64,000 nucleotides of DNA from a bacterium (GTDB lineage: Bacteria; Patescibacteriota; UBA1384; CAILIB01): NCBI GenBank assembly GCA_037131105.1, contig JBAXRQ010000001.1:130039-194038 (forward strand). Reading direction: 5' to 3'. The notes below the pieces were generated by a model. That model saw nothing but the letters and a program-made list of their open reading frames with translations, did not search any database and had not been told where the DNA came from. Every line of letters begins with the position of its first letter. Position 1 is the stretch's first letter. Below are positions 30,488 through 40,902 of this stretch, piece by piece. Position numbers and translations under genes: made by a program.

Positions 30488-32668
30488 CTAGTCCTTGATC
30501 TCTTCCATCTCCGCCCAGTTGGTACCAGCCTTGGCGGTTACCTCTAGGGGGACGTCCAGCTTTACCACAGTGGTCATGGCCTCCCGCATGATGGGGACTA
30601 CCTTTTCCTGCTCTTCTACTGGTCCTTCCAATACCAGTTCGTCATGTACAGTCAGTAGGAGCTGTGTCTTCAGTTTTTCTTTCTTTAGGCGGTCGGCCAG
30701 CTCGATCATGGCAAGTTTCAGGATGTCAGCCTCGGTGCCCTGGATAGGCATATTCATAGCCTCGCGCTCGGCAGCGGCCCGCTGGTGGAAGTTGCTGGAC
30801 ATGATCTCGGGGAAGTAGCGACGGCGGCCGTACAGAGTCTCGGCATAGCCCTTCTCGCGGGCATCGGCCTGCACCTTGTCCAGGTAGGTCCGTAGCACCG
30901 AGTAGGTCTCGAAGTACTGGGCCAGGTACTGCTTGGCCTCGGCTACGTTGGTACCGATCTCCCAGGCTAGGCCGTAGGCGCCCTTGCCGAAGAGGATGGA
31001 GAAGTTGATGATCTTGGCCACCCGCCGATCGACACCCATCCTCTCAGCCGTCTCAGTGTGGAAGTCCCTGCCGCTCTTAAAGGCCTGTATCATGACCGGG
31101 TCACCGGAAAGATGGGCGGCGATGCGCAGCTCCAGCTGGGAATAGTCGGCGGCTATCAGGACTTTGTCCTTATCAGCAATGAAGGCCTTGCGCAGGCGCT
31201 TGCCCTGCTCGCTGCGGACCGGGATATTCTGCAGGTTGGGGTCCTTGGAAGAGATGCGGCCGGTGGCGGTCTCAGTGTCGTACGAGGTATGGATACGGCT
31301 GTTCTCGTCCACCATTCCCTGTAGCGGCTTCACGTAGGTGCCCTGCAGCTTGGTCAGCTCCCGGTAATTGAGCAGCACCTGGGCGATGGGGTATTCCTTG
31401 GAAAGTTCGGCCATGGTAGCGGCGTCGGTGGTGTAGCCGCTCTTGCCCTTGCGAATGTTCTTGGTGGGGATGCCTAGTGTCTCATAGAAGGTATGGGCGA
31501 TCTGCTGGGGGGAGTCAGGGTTAAATTCCTCGCCGGCCAGATCGTGGAGCTTACCCTTGAAGCCCTCGATGTCCTTGGTGAATTCCACTTCCAGCTCCTT
31601 CAGGTAGCCGACGTCGGTCTTGGCTCCCAGCTTCTCCATCTCTCGCAGTACCGGCATCAGCCGCTTATCTATCTCCTGGCTCTCGCTCTCATATTCTTCC
31701 TCTTCTGGCTTGGCTTCCTCGACTTCGGCCTCGCCACTGAACACGTCACTGGCGTGGGAGAGCAGGCGGTGCGAGACCGGAAGGTCATTCATGAGGCTCT
31801 TGAAGTTCAGCTTCTTGAAGAGAGCGATGAGCTCGGAGGCGTCAGCCAGCTCCATCTTGCACTTGTCAGGGTCAAAGGTGACCGGTGCGTCAGTGACGAT
31901 AGTGGCCAGCTTATGGCTCAAAAAGGCGCTGTCCTTGTGCTCTTTTAGTTTCGCCAAAACGCCAGCCTTGATGCCGTCAATCTCGCCCTTCTCGACTGCT
32001 TTATACAGATTCTCGATGTCATGAAACTCAGCCAGCAGCTGTTTGGCGGTCACCTCGCCGATGCCTGGTACGCCGGGGATGTTGTCGGAGGGGTCGCCGC
32101 GCAATGCCTTATACTCGATCATCTGGAGGGGGTCGAAGCCGTACTTCTCCCGCACCTTCTCAGGGGTAAACATAATCGGGACTTTGGCGGCATTTACGGG
32201 AGAATATACGTGGACATGTTCGGTCACCAGCTGCAAAATGTCCTGGTCGCCCGTCAGGATCACCACCTCGATGTCCGGATGCTCGGTACTGGCCTGGAGG
32301 GCGATGGTGCCGATGACGTCATCTGCCTCGTAGTTCACCGCCGTATAAATGGGGAATTCCAGCTTTTCAACTATCTCATGGGTGCGCTCGATCTGGCCGG
32401 CCAGGTCCTCGGGCATCTTCTGTCGGGTGGCTTTGTATGACGGGGCGAGTTCATTTCTAAACGTGCCCCCCTTTAGATCGAAGGCGACGGCTACCGAGTA
32501 GGGCTTTAGGGTCTTAATGGTGGAAAGAAGTATGCGGGTGAAGCCGTAAACGGCGCCGACTATCTCGCCGGAAGGAGTGGAGAGCTCCTTGGGAAAGGCG
32601 TGGTAGGCCCGGTAGAGGAGGCCGTTTCCGTCGACTACCAGCAGGCGTTTCTTGGGTTTTTCGCTCAT
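30488..32668 (-). CDS. polA: DNA polymerase I (5' nuclease plus polymerase domains; no 3'-5' exonuclease domain).
   Basis: N-terminal LLVVDGNGLLYRAYHA (FEN/5'-exo). Polymerase motifs …RRVAKIINFSILFGKGAYGLA… and …LLLTVHDELVLE…. At 726 aa it is too short for the proofreading domain. Confidence 0.9.
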   Translation of the reverse strand: MSEKPKKRLLVVDGNGLLYRAYHAFPKELSTPSGEIVGAVYGFTRILLSTIKTLKPYSVAVAFDLKGGTFRNELAPSYKATRQKMPEDLAGQIERTHEIVEKLEFPIYTAVNYEADDVIGTIALQASTEHPDIEVVILTGDQDILQLVTEHVHVYSPVNAAKVPIMFTPEKVREKYGFDPLQMIEYKALRGDPSDNIPGVPGIGEVTAKQLLAEFHDIENLYKAVEKGEIDGIKAGVLAKLKEHKDSAFLSHKLATIVTDAPVTFDPDKCKMELADASELIALFKKLNFKSLMNDLPVSHRLLSHASDVFSGEAEVEEAKPEEEEYESESQEIDKRLMPVLREMEKLGAKTDVGYLKELEVEFTKDIEGFKGKLHDLAGEEFNPDSPQQIAHTFYETLGIPTKNIRKGKSGYTTDAATMAELSKEYPIAQVLLNYRELTKLQGTYVKPLQGMVDENSRIHTSYDTETATGRISSKDPNLQNIPVRSEQGKRLRKAFIADKDKVLIAADYSQLELRIAAHLSGDPVMIQAFKSGRDFHTETAERMGVDRRVAKIINFSILFGKGAYGLAWEIGTNVAEAKQYLAQYFETYSVLRTYLDKVQADAREKGYAETLYGRRRYFPEIMSSNFHQRAAAEREAMNMPIQGTEADILKLAMIELADRLKKEKLKTQLLLTVHDELVLEGPVEEQEKVVPIMREAMTTVVKLDVPLEVTAKAGTNWAEMEEIKD

Positions 32669-34047
32669 AGGAGGTTCTTAGATTTCAGCACTTCTTCCAC
32701 CACGTCACGGTCGCTCCACGGCACTTGTTCCTCGCCCACTATCTTAAAGGTCTGGGCGCCCATGCCGGTCAGCAGAATGACATCGTCCAGCTTGCACATG
32801 TCGATGGCTCTCGAGATGGCTTCACGGCGATCTGGAAGCTTCCACCACCACTGGCCTTCGCCGGTCTCATTGACCTCGCGCTTGAAGACAGGCCGCTCAG
32901 CCGGGGCTGGACGATGGCTGGTGCTGTGGAAGAGGGCACGCCCGCGGGGGACTCCCTTGGCCACTTCCTCAATGATACGTAGAGGGTCCTCGGTGTAAGG
33001 CTCCTCATCAGTGACGAAGACGTAGTCGCAGAACCTGGCAGCCAGGGCTCCCATGATAGGACGCTTGGTCTTGTCCCTGTCTCCGCAGCTGCCGAGGATA
33101 GCTATCATCCTGCCGCGCACATCAGGACGAAGGGTCGAGTAGAGCTTTTCCAAGGAGTCAGGGGTGTGGGCGTAGTCCACCATGACGGTGAAGCCCTTCT
33201 TGGTCTCGATCTTTTCCAAGCGACCAGGTACCTGTTTGACGTTAGCGAGACCAGCAGCCAGGGTGTCGAGGCGCAGGTTCAGGTTCCTGCAGAGGGCGGC
33301 AGCGCAGAGAGCGTTCTCGATGTTGAACCTCCCTGGGAGCTGCATCTGGACTTTTACACTCTCATCTTCGTGTTTCATGGTGAAGCTGGAGCCGCCGGCA
33401 TGAGTGGATACTCTCTGGGCGTAGAGGTGATCAGTGGCAGCCTCCAGGGGCTGGTCGGTCTCGGTGCTGTAGCTCCAGCGACGGGGAGCCCGGGTCTTTT
33501 CCAGGAAGAGAGGGCCGGAAGGGTCCTCAGAGTTCACTGCTGCGGCCTTCACTGCCCTGCCCAGGAACAGGCGCAGCTTGGTGTCGCGGTACTGCTCCCA
33601 GTTGGTGTGGTAGTCGAGGTGGTCGTGGGTGACATTGGTAAGGCCAACGTAGCGGAAGGGGATGCCTAGGGTCCGGTACTGGTCAATGCCATGAGAGGTG
33701 ACCTCGATGACCAGCGCGTTGCACCTAGCGTCGCGCATCTGGCGGATGAGCCCTTGCAGCTTCATCACTGGCAGCATGGTCTTGTTCTGCTCATTGGCCC
33801 AGACCTTGTCGCCGATCTTGAAATTCACCGTAGTGGCCATGCCGACAGTGTAACCGGCCTCCTCAAGGATGGAGGAGATGAAATAGGAAGTAGTGGTCTT
33901 GCCCTTGGTACCGGTAACGCCGATTACCAGCATTCCCCTGGCCGGGAAACGGTAATACACGACAGCCCACATAGCCCGCAGTTTGTGGCTGAAGATAATG
34001 GCCCGGTGGGGGAGGTGCTTGCGGAGATAGTTCTTGAGGGGTTTCAT
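32665..34047 (-). CDS. murE: UDP-N-acetylmuramoyl-L-alanyl-D-glutamate--2,6-diaminopimelate (or L-Lys) ligase.
   Basis: Mur ligase P-loop GVTGTKGKTTT and the MurE-type DYAHTPDSLEKL motif. Confidence 0.8.
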   Translation of the reverse strand: MKPLKNYLRKHLPHRAIIFSHKLRAMWAVVYYRFPARGMLVIGVTGTKGKTTTSYFISSILEEAGYTVGMATTVNFKIGDKVWANEQNKTMLPVMKLQGLIRQMRDARCNALVIEVTSHGIDQYRTLGIPFRYVGLTNVTHDHLDYHTNWEQYRDTKLRLFLGRAVKAAAVNSEDPSGPLFLEKTRAPRRWSYSTETDQPLEAATDHLYAQRVSTHAGGSSFTMKHEDESVKVQMQLPGRFNIENALCAAALCRNLNLRLDTLAAGLANVKQVPGRLEKIETKKGFTVMVDYAHTPDSLEKLYSTLRPDVRGRMIAILGSCGDRDKTKRPIMGALAARFCDYVFVTDEEPYTEDPLRIIEEVAKGVPRGRALFHSTSHRPAPAERPVFKREVNETGEGQWWWKLPDRREAISRAIDMCKLDDVILLTGMGAQTFKIVGEEQVPWSDRDVVEEVLKSKNLL

Positions 34048-34982
34048 GCGAATGCGCGTTTGCCGCCGCGTAGTTTTCTGACGGTTTTGTACAGAGTATA
34101 GCAGATCGGATTGAGAATGAGATCATAGGCGCCGGGGTAGTCGATGACGGTGCCGCCGAAGCCTAGCTTGAAGCGGGAGGTACCTACTGAGGCATGGCCT
34201 TCCTTCACTTGCCATTCGCCGGTCTCCGGGTTCTTTTCCAGATCGGTGCCCCAGAAGTCATAGGCGGTATTTCCTTGAGATTGGGCGAACTTGATGGCTT
34301 CGGAGTGGAGGACAAAGGGTGCCATCAGCTGGCGGTTCTGGTCGCTGGATCCGCCGTGCAAGTAGGTGGCGGTGCCGGCATAGGTGATCAGCAGCATAGC
34401 GGCCAGGTCCTGCCCGTCCTTGTGGGCGAAGAGTAGATGGGCTTCATTTTCAGGTTCAAGGGCTGCCAACAGCTGCTCGTAGTACTCGCGGTGGTGGGTA
34501 CGAAAATCTTGCCGCTCGGCGGTGCCGGAAAGTAACTTCCAGAATCGGTCAAAGGCCTTCACTAGATCGTGGCTCACAATATCCACCTTCACCTCATGTT
34601 TCTCGGCCAGCCTGACGTTATATCGGTGCTTCTGGCGCATGCCGGCTAGGATGTCGTCATAGGACTTGGTGAGGTCCAGCACCATGGTCTGGCGGGGCTG
34701 CACGGCCAGGGTGGGGATGAGTTTAAGGTTTTGCTTGGCGGCAAAGGCCCGCAGGTTCTTTAGTGAGACTTCGTCTTCAGGTTCGAATCGCAAAAACCAG
34801 CCCTTTTTCAGCTCTTCAGGCAATGCAAAGTCAGCCCCAATCTGGCAACGAGAGGAGATGTAGTAGTGACTCTTGGGAATGCTGCGGTACAGATAGAGCT
34901 GCCCATCATGGCGGAAAGGACGACTGCCCGCAGTTTCCTGGAAACGTTCCCAGGCAGATGAATGAAGAAAGGACTTAGACAT
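34044..34982 (-). CDS. FemAB-family peptidoglycan interpeptide-bridge peptidyltransferase (putative).
   Basis: A 312-aa protein with two GNAT-like halves, overlapping murE by 4 nt. The N-terminal …SSAWERFQ… block resembles FemX. Not verified. Confidence 0.45.
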   Translation of the reverse strand: MSKSFLHSSAWERFQETAGSRPFRHDGQLYLYRSIPKSHYYISSRCQIGADFALPEELKKGWFLRFEPEDEVSLKNLRAFAAKQNLKLIPTLAVQPRQTMVLDLTKSYDDILAGMRQKHRYNVRLAEKHEVKVDIVSHDLVKAFDRFWKLLSGTAERQDFRTHHREYYEQLLAALEPENEAHLLFAHKDGQDLAAMLLITYAGTATYLHGGSSDQNRQLMAPFVLHSEAIKFAQSQGNTAYDFWGTDLEKNPETGEWQVKEGHASVGTSRFKLGFGGTVIDYPGAYDLILNPICYTLYKTVRKLRGGKRAFA

Positions 34983-35027
34983 AGCTTTATCCTACCAGGT
35001 CGCTGACTCTGGCGACAGGGGATGTGG

Positions 35028-35609
35028 TTAGTCTTGACTTGCCGTGTAGGCCTTGGCAGCTTCGTGGATGAAGCCTATCTGGCTTTCGACCACGTTGTCA
35101 GGGAAAGGCTCGAGAGGGTAAAAGGTCCCTTGTATTGGTTCGCCAGTCACCTCGACATAATAAATGGATGCTAATTCGGTCCCGCGCTGTACCTTTCGGA
35201 GCACGGTTTTCAGTAGTACGGGTTCAGTCGTAAGCGTACCGCCGAGCTCTTCCTTAAGAATTCTGTCGAAGGCGCCTTTGTAGCTCCCGGGCTCGTCATA
35301 TGCCCTGATCACGGTGCCAGGTGTGTGTAGCATGCCGGCCCAAAGCGGGTCGGACTCCTCGCGCACGAGCATGAGGACCTCTATCCCGGATTCGCTGCCG
35401 TAGCGCAGGGGAACGATCTCAATTATCGGGACGGTGGTCAGGCGCGCCATCTCCATAAAGACGGGTAGGGGAAGCTTACCCGGCTCAAGCTGGGAAAGAA
35501 GGGAGGTCAGGCGTTCTACGTCGTGATGTTCCATACTGGAAGGATAGCATATTCCCCTTCTGAGAGGCTTCCCGTAACCTGAAAAATAGAGTAGGATAAG
35601 GGTATGCAA
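35028..35609 (-). CDS. Hypothetical protein with a weak NUDIX-like box.
   Basis: …GAFDRILKEELGG… partly fits the REuxEExGu pattern. Confidence 0.3.
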   Translation of the reverse strand: MHTLILLYFSGYGKPLRRGICYPSSMEHHDVERLTSLLSQLEPGKLPLPVFMEMARLTTVPIIEIVPLRYGSESGIEVLMLVREESDPLWAGMLHTPGTVIRAYDEPGSYKGAFDRILKEELGGTLTTEPVLLKTVLRKVQRGTELASIYYVEVTGEPIQGTFYPLEPFPDNVVESQIGFIHEAAKAYTASQD

Positions 35610-35631
35610 GATGTCCTAACGGCCCCCGACC

Positions 35632-37707
35632 ATGCCTGACTCACCACTGAAAGAAATCGACTTCCCTAAGGCCTACGCCGCTTCCCAGCACGAGCCAGAG
35701 ATCTACGAACAGTGGTTGGCTTCTGATGTCTTCAAGCCCCAGGGTGACGGTGAGCCGTATACCATTGTCATGCCGCCGCCTAATGCCAATGGCAACCTAC
35801 ACATGGGCCACGCATTGATGATCCCCCTGGAGGACGTCATGGCTCGTTATCACCGCATGAAGGGTGATCGTGTGCTCTGGATCCCCGGCTCCGACCATGC
35901 CGGCATCGAAACGCAGGTGGTATTTGAAAAAGTACTGGAAAAAGAGGGCAAGTCCCGCTTCCAGATGACCCGCGAGCAGTTCTACGAAGAGACCATGGCC
36001 TTTACCATGGCTAACAAATCCACCATGGAGTCGCAGGTGCGTGCCCTCGGTGCCTCGTGTGACTGGAGCGTCGAGCGTTTCACCCTGGATCCTCTGGTAG
36101 TCGAAGAGGTCTATGCCACCTTCCGCAAGATGTACGAGGAAGGCCTGATCTACCGCGGCGAGCGTATCGTAAACTACAGTGTCAAATACCGCACTGCCTA
36201 TTCCGACCTGGAAGTGGAGCACGAGGAGCGCCGCGAGCCACTGTACTACATCAAGTACGGTGAGTTTATGGTGGCTACTGCCCGCCCCGAGACCAAGTTC
36301 GTTGACCGCCATATCGTCGTACATCCCAAGGACAAGCGCTACAAGCACCTGATCGGGACCACCTTCAAGGCCATGACCGTGGCTGGTGAGCATGAGTTCA
36401 CCGTTATCGCCGACGAGTCCATCAAGATGGAGTTTGGTACCGGCGCCATGACCATGACTCCTGCCCATGACCCGATTGACTTTGAGATTGCCCAGAAGCA
36501 CGGCATCCCCATTGAACCGGTTATCGGCCTGGACGGTAAGATGCTGCCCATCACCGGCGAGTTTGCCGGTATGAAGGTGGCCGAAGCCCGTACTGCCGTT
36601 GCTGCCAAGATGGAGGAGCTGGGCATGATCGAGAGTATCGATACTACCTATACCCATACGGTTGGCCTCTGCTACAAGTCCCGCCAGCCCATCGAGCCCA
36701 TGGTGATGCCGCAGTGGTACATCAAGGTAGACAGCCTGAAGAAGCGGGCCATCAAGGCCATTGAGAGCGGCGAGGTGGTCTACCATCCTGAGAACTATAA
36801 GAAGATCCAGCTGGACTGGCTGAAGAACCTGCGCGACTGGAACATTTCCCGCCAGATCTGGTGGGGCATTCCGATCAAGGGCGCCATGCCTGACAATCCC
36901 GAGGTGGCTGCCGACGAGGACACCTTCGACACCTGGTTCTCCTCCAGCCAGTGGCCGGTGATCACTGCCAAGCTTGCCGGATACGGGGAGGACTTTTATC
37001 CTACTGCCGTGATGGAGACCGGCCGCGACCTTATCTTCCTCTGGGTGACCCGTATGCTGATGCTTGGTCTCTACCAGACCGGCAAGGTGCCGTTCAAGAA
37101 CGTCTATCTGCACGGCCTGGTGCTCGACGCCAAGGGCAAGAAGATGTCCAAGTCCAAGGGCAACGGGGTCAATCCTATGGAGATGATCGCCAAGTACGGC
37201 GCCGATGCGGTGCGGTACGGCCTTATCGTCGGCTCGTCCGCCGGCTCCGATACTCCTATGCCCGAGGAAAAGCTGGTCGGCGGTCGTAATTTCTCAAACA
37301 AGATCTGGAACATCTCCCGCTTCATCCTTATGCAGATGGGGGACAAGAAGCCCAGTGACCTGCCAAACTACGCCGAGTTGGTGACTGGTGCCAAGGCCCA
37401 GGGCGGCAACCGTCGCATGATCGCCGGGCTGGAGACCCTGGTAAAGGAAACTACCGAACATTTGGAGAAATACCGTTTCGCCCAGGCCCTGCAAGGACTT
37501 CACTCGTTCATGTGGCATCAGCTGGCAGACATGTACCTCGAGGAGGTAAAGGGCAAGGTAGATGATGAGACCCTGGCCATACTTTGGCACACTCTGCTTA
37601 CCTGCCTGCGCCTGCTACACCCCTTCATGCCGTTCGTTACTGAAGCCATTTACCAGCAGCTTCCTGAGGCGGAGGGTCTGCTCATGACCCAGCAGTGGCC
37701 CAAATAA
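35632..37707 (+). CDS. valS: Valyl-tRNA synthetase, short form without the long C-terminal coiled coil.
   Basis: PPPNANGNLHMGHA (ValRS-type HIGH region) and KMSKSKGN. It is 691 aa. Confidence 0.85.
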   Translation: MPDSPLKEIDFPKAYAASQHEPEIYEQWLASDVFKPQGDGEPYTIVMPPPNANGNLHMGHALMIPLEDVMARYHRMKGDRVLWIPGSDHAGIETQVVFEKVLEKEGKSRFQMTREQFYEETMAFTMANKSTMESQVRALGASCDWSVERFTLDPLVVEEVYATFRKMYEEGLIYRGERIVNYSVKYRTAYSDLEVEHEERREPLYYIKYGEFMVATARPETKFVDRHIVVHPKDKRYKHLIGTTFKAMTVAGEHEFTVIADESIKMEFGTGAMTMTPAHDPIDFEIAQKHGIPIEPVIGLDGKMLPITGEFAGMKVAEARTAVAAKMEELGMIESIDTTYTHTVGLCYKSRQPIEPMVMPQWYIKVDSLKKRAIKAIESGEVVYHPENYKKIQLDWLKNLRDWNISRQIWWGIPIKGAMPDNPEVAADEDTFDTWFSSSQWPVITAKLAGYGEDFYPTAVMETGRDLIFLWVTRMLMLGLYQTGKVPFKNVYLHGLVLDAKGKKMSKSKGNGVNPMEMIAKYGADAVRYGLIVGSSAGSDTPMPEEKLVGGRNFSNKIWNISRFILMQMGDKKPSDLPNYAELVTGAKAQGGNRRMIAGLETLVKETTEHLEKYRFAQALQGLHSFMWHQLADMYLEEVKGKVDDETLAILWHTLLTCLRLLHPFMPFVTEAIYQQLPEAEGLLMTQQWPK

Positions 37708-38300
37708 AAAGCTTTTCAGTTCCGAGGAGTCTGGCCATCATCGGTATTGGCCTGGCCATTGGTGTGGTCATCCTCTGGCAGGTGGCTATTCCTTTTCGTG
37801 AGAAGGTCGCCGCACGCTACGTTGAGCGGGGTGACGCCTATCTTGTTGTCCAGGAGTTTGACTCAGCGGCGGGAGAGTACCAAAAGGGGCTCGACTTCGA
37901 CCGGCACAATGCCCAGGCGGCTGAGGGCCTGCGACTGGCGAAGCTCGGTCCCGTCGATGTAGCGCAGTTGCGCGAGTTCTATATTAGTCATAATGCCACG
38001 ACGGTGATTTCCCAGCTGGACAATGCCACCAAGTCCTATCCGAATCCCAAGTCTGCCCTGCAGGCCGGTGTTGATCTCTACGCTAAGCACCAGTACAACT
38101 ATGCCCGTTATCCCATGCAGTCGGCGGTGAAGCTGGACCCGGGCTATCCGGAAGCGTGGAACTATCTGGGGTTGGACTACCAAAAGCTGGCCGAATGGGA
38201 CGCTAGCTATACCACTAAGGCAGAGGAAATGTTCAAGAAGAGAGATGCCTTAACGCCGAATTATTTGGTCCCGGCAGCAAGTCCTTCCCCTACGCCGTAG
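37695..38300 (+). CDS. Membrane-anchored TPR-like repeat protein, hypothetical.
   Basis: N-terminal TM helix (LAIIGIGLAIGVVILW). Helical repeats with Y/W/G/L periodicity follow. It ends in a Pro/Ser tail. Confidence 0.4.
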   Translation: MAQIKSFSVPRSLAIIGIGLAIGVVILWQVAIPFREKVAARYVERGDAYLVVQEFDSAAGEYQKGLDFDRHNAQAAEGLRLAKLGPVDVAQLREFYISHNATTVISQLDNATKSYPNPKSALQAGVDLYAKHQYNYARYPMQSAVKLDPGYPEAWNYLGLDYQKLAEWDASYTTKAEEMFKKRDALTPNYLVPAASPSPTP

Positions 38301-38344
38301 TCGTTTGTTTTATTTCCTGGGGGCTCACTGTATACTTATCCTAT

Positions 38345-38899
38345 ATGTTCGACCACAAGATAGTTATTAGCGGAGCAGCCGCCGGCCACGCCAGCGAAGA
38401 GGGTGACGCCCTCGGCTTTATGGTGGGCCGTGAAGTGGCGGCCCGTGGGGGTATTATCGTTACCGGTGCTACCAGCGGCGTGCCATTCTCAGCCGCCAAG
38501 GGCGCCAAGTCAGTACAGGGCCAGGTCATCGGCTTCTCGCCTGCCCATTCTTTGGCTGAGCATACCAACAAGTACAAGCTGCCCACCGAGTACCACGACG
38601 TCATCTTCTTCACTGGCTACGACTACGCCGGACGTGACGTACTGCTTGTCGATGTGGCTGACGCCATGATTTTGGTGTCAGGTCGTATCGGCTCTCTGCA
38701 TGAGTTCACCTCGGCTTTTGAACGTCACAAAGTGATAGGCCTGCTCCTGCATAGCGGTGGACTGTCGGATGAGATCCCAGCTATTCTTGACCACGCTGGC
38801 AGAGGAAATGGTCATGTCATCTTCCACGAGGATCCTCATACTCTTGTCTCACAGGTTTTTCACGCCCTAGCCGAGCAAAAACACTATGCACCGTCATAA
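38345..38899 (+). CDS. LOG/TIGR00725-like Rossmann-fold protein (SLOG superfamily).
   Basis: …IVTGATSGVP… and …LVSGRIGSLHEFTSAFE… resemble the LOG PGGxGTxxE motif. Confidence 0.45.
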   Translation: MFDHKIVISGAAAGHASEEGDALGFMVGREVAARGGIIVTGATSGVPFSAAKGAKSVQGQVIGFSPAHSLAEHTNKYKLPTEYHDVIFFTGYDYAGRDVLLVDVADAMILVSGRIGSLHEFTSAFERHKVIGLLLHSGGLSDEIPAILDHAGRGNGHVIFHEDPHTLVSQVFHALAEQKHYAPS

Positions 38900-40289
38900 G
38901 GAGGGCCGACCCTGGCTGATAGCCGCAGTAGGAATGGCTTTTTTTGCATTGACCGTACTGTGCTCGACCGCCGGCATGGCCTACGCCTACCGGGGCAAGT
39001 ACTATCCTGGCGTCCAGGTGGCGGGCATTCAGCTCGGAGGACTTACCAAGTCGGAGGGCGGGACCCTTATCGCCTCTCGGGTGCAGACCTATCTGGCCCA
39101 TCCCTTGAAGGTGGTGTTGCCTGACGTTACCAAGCCGGTGGCCGACACTCCGGGCAGCTATGAGGATCTGACTATCTCCACGACGGCCGGACACCTGGGA
39201 CTGGCCTATGACAGTGCCAAGGCAGCCGACACGGCCTGGTCGGTGGGGCATTCCTATCGTCCTGACACCTGGTTTCGTTCGGTAATCCCAGTGCTGTTTG
39301 CCGGCCATACCACCTCGATAGCCTATACCACCAATACCAAGTCCATCCAGGACTTCATCAACGCTGAGGTGGTGCCGAAGATAGGTACTCCCACTCCGGC
39401 CAAGCTGGCTATCAGCGGCGACCAGGTCACCATTCTGGCTGGCGCTCCTGGCTTCCAGGTGGACCAGGCGGTGCTGCGCCAGGAAGTGGCCTCTAGTCTT
39501 ACGGTGGCCAGCGACAAGGACACCACCTACCTAAAGGCCACCGTTACCACGGTGGACTCGCCCATCACCAAGCAGACTCTCCAGCCCCTGGCCGACCAGC
39601 TTAACCTTCTGGCCAATACCAAGGTGAGCCTGGCTGTCGCCGACCTGTCCCTCACCCCGAACCGGGCCCAGCTTCTCCAGTGGTTCGTGGCAGTGCAGGA
39701 TGACAAGGGCGCTATTACCCTCAACGTGCAGCGTGACGCCGTGGCAAAATATCTAGCCGCCCAGAAGACGCTTGACCAGACCAAGTCACTTGACGCGGTT
39801 ATGGCCAAGCTTACGCCTTTGACCGCTCCTACCGCAAAGCCGGTAGCTACCCTGGCGGTCGCCCTGATCGCCAAACCGGTGAAGGCACCGGTTCCTGACA
39901 ATTACACTCCTGACAAGTTCCCTGGCAAATATGTAGAAGTCAGCTTGGCCCAGCAGAAGATGTACCTGGTCATCGGCAACCAGCTGGTCAAGAGCTACGT
40001 AGTCTCTTCAGGCAAGTGGTCCACCCCGACGCCAGTGGGGACGTACTCCATCCACAGCAAGTCGCCCCGGGCCTATTCGGCTCGCTTCGGACTGTATATG
40101 CCGTACTGGCAGAACTTCCTTGACGGTGAGTACGGCCTGCATGAGCTGCCGGAATGGCCCAGTGGGTACAAGGAAGGCCAGAATCACCTGGGAACTCCGG
40201 TATCGCACGGTTGCGTCAGATTGGGAGTGGGTGACGCCAAAGAAGTTTACGACTGGACCGAGATCGGTACGCCGGTATATATCCACTAG
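38886..40289 (+). CDS. L,D-transpeptidase (YkuD domain) with an N-terminal membrane anchor and a large extracellular domain.
   Basis: The C-terminal YkuD block …YMPYWQNF…GLHELP…GTPVSHGCVRL… includes the catalytic His and Cys. N-terminal TM helix. Confidence 0.75.
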   Translation: MHRHKEGRPWLIAAVGMAFFALTVLCSTAGMAYAYRGKYYPGVQVAGIQLGGLTKSEGGTLIASRVQTYLAHPLKVVLPDVTKPVADTPGSYEDLTISTTAGHLGLAYDSAKAADTAWSVGHSYRPDTWFRSVIPVLFAGHTTSIAYTTNTKSIQDFINAEVVPKIGTPTPAKLAISGDQVTILAGAPGFQVDQAVLRQEVASSLTVASDKDTTYLKATVTTVDSPITKQTLQPLADQLNLLANTKVSLAVADLSLTPNRAQLLQWFVAVQDDKGAITLNVQRDAVAKYLAAQKTLDQTKSLDAVMAKLTPLTAPTAKPVATLAVALIAKPVKAPVPDNYTPDKFPGKYVEVSLAQQKMYLVIGNQLVKSYVVSSGKWSTPTPVGTYSIHSKSPRAYSARFGLYMPYWQNFLDGEYGLHELPEWPSGYKEGQNHLGTPVSHGCVRLGVGDAKEVYDWTEIGTPVYIH

Positions 40290-40298
40290 CCTTTAAGC

Positions 40299-40381
40299 AG
40301 TACGTACCACCCCAAGCTGCGCCTTGAGACGTGCTCCGGAGGAGTACATAAAAGTTCTCCGAGTTGAACAGCGTTGATTGG
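40299..40381. repeat. Direct repeat, about 83 nt, containing an RNA-type hairpin (gtgctcc-gga-ggagtac). Left copy.
   Basis: About 88% identical to 45201..45284. The core is gccttgagacgt[g/a]ctccggaggagtacataaaa…ttgaacagcgttgattgg. Confidence 0.8.
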
Positions 40382-40476
40382 GGCGGCACATGCTTGCGTC
40401 TCACACGGGTTTCTGGTTAAATAGTTCCATCCTTAGCCATGCCGGATAGGTATGGAATAGGAAAGGGGAATTTTCA

Positions 40477-40902
40477 ATGGCGAAAAGTGCAGCAGGAAAT
40501 GGCAGTCAAAAAGCACCAGTTCTGTTTGTCTCAGCAGCACCCGGGGACTTGGGTGGAGCCCGTGAAGTCTTGGCGGAAGGTACTTGGCTGAAGCATGTGA
40601 CGCTCAGTCAAGCAACTCTACTTCTGGGAGATGCAGTCCGGAATCAGGCCTCTCCCAGGGCTGTCGTGTTTGATCGGCGGCTTACCAACTCTCGACTGCG
40701 TTCTGCCGATTGCGGTACCCATTATGTTGTAAGGTGCATGGAGCTTGCCGTTCTCTGCGGCGCTCCTATTGCGACCATCGGGTCGCCAGGATCCCATGAC
40801 AGCATTATCGGCGAGTTTCTCCGACCGATCGGTGAAGATCGCATCAATGCCTCGACCGTGATCTGGCCGGAAGTTGCCGCACATCTGGAATTGGCCTCCT
40901 GA
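40477..40902 (+). CDS. Hypothetical 141-aa protein.
   Basis: A strong AAAGGGGA ribosome-binding site lies 7 nt upstream. It is the only plus-strand gene in the repeat-flanked segment. No motif recognised. Confidence 0.35.
   Translation: MAKSAAGNGSQKAPVLFVSAAPGDLGGAREVLAEGTWLKHVTLSQATLLLGDAVRNQASPRAVVFDRRLTNSRLRSADCGTHYVVRCMELAVLCGAPIATIGSPGSHDSIIGEFLRPIGEDRINASTVIWPEVAAHLELAS

Noticed and set aside
35797-37113. A 438-aa minus-strand ORF.
   Set aside because: It lies entirely antisense to the well-supported valS (HIGH/KMSKS motifs on the plus strand). It is a GC-rich shadow ORF.
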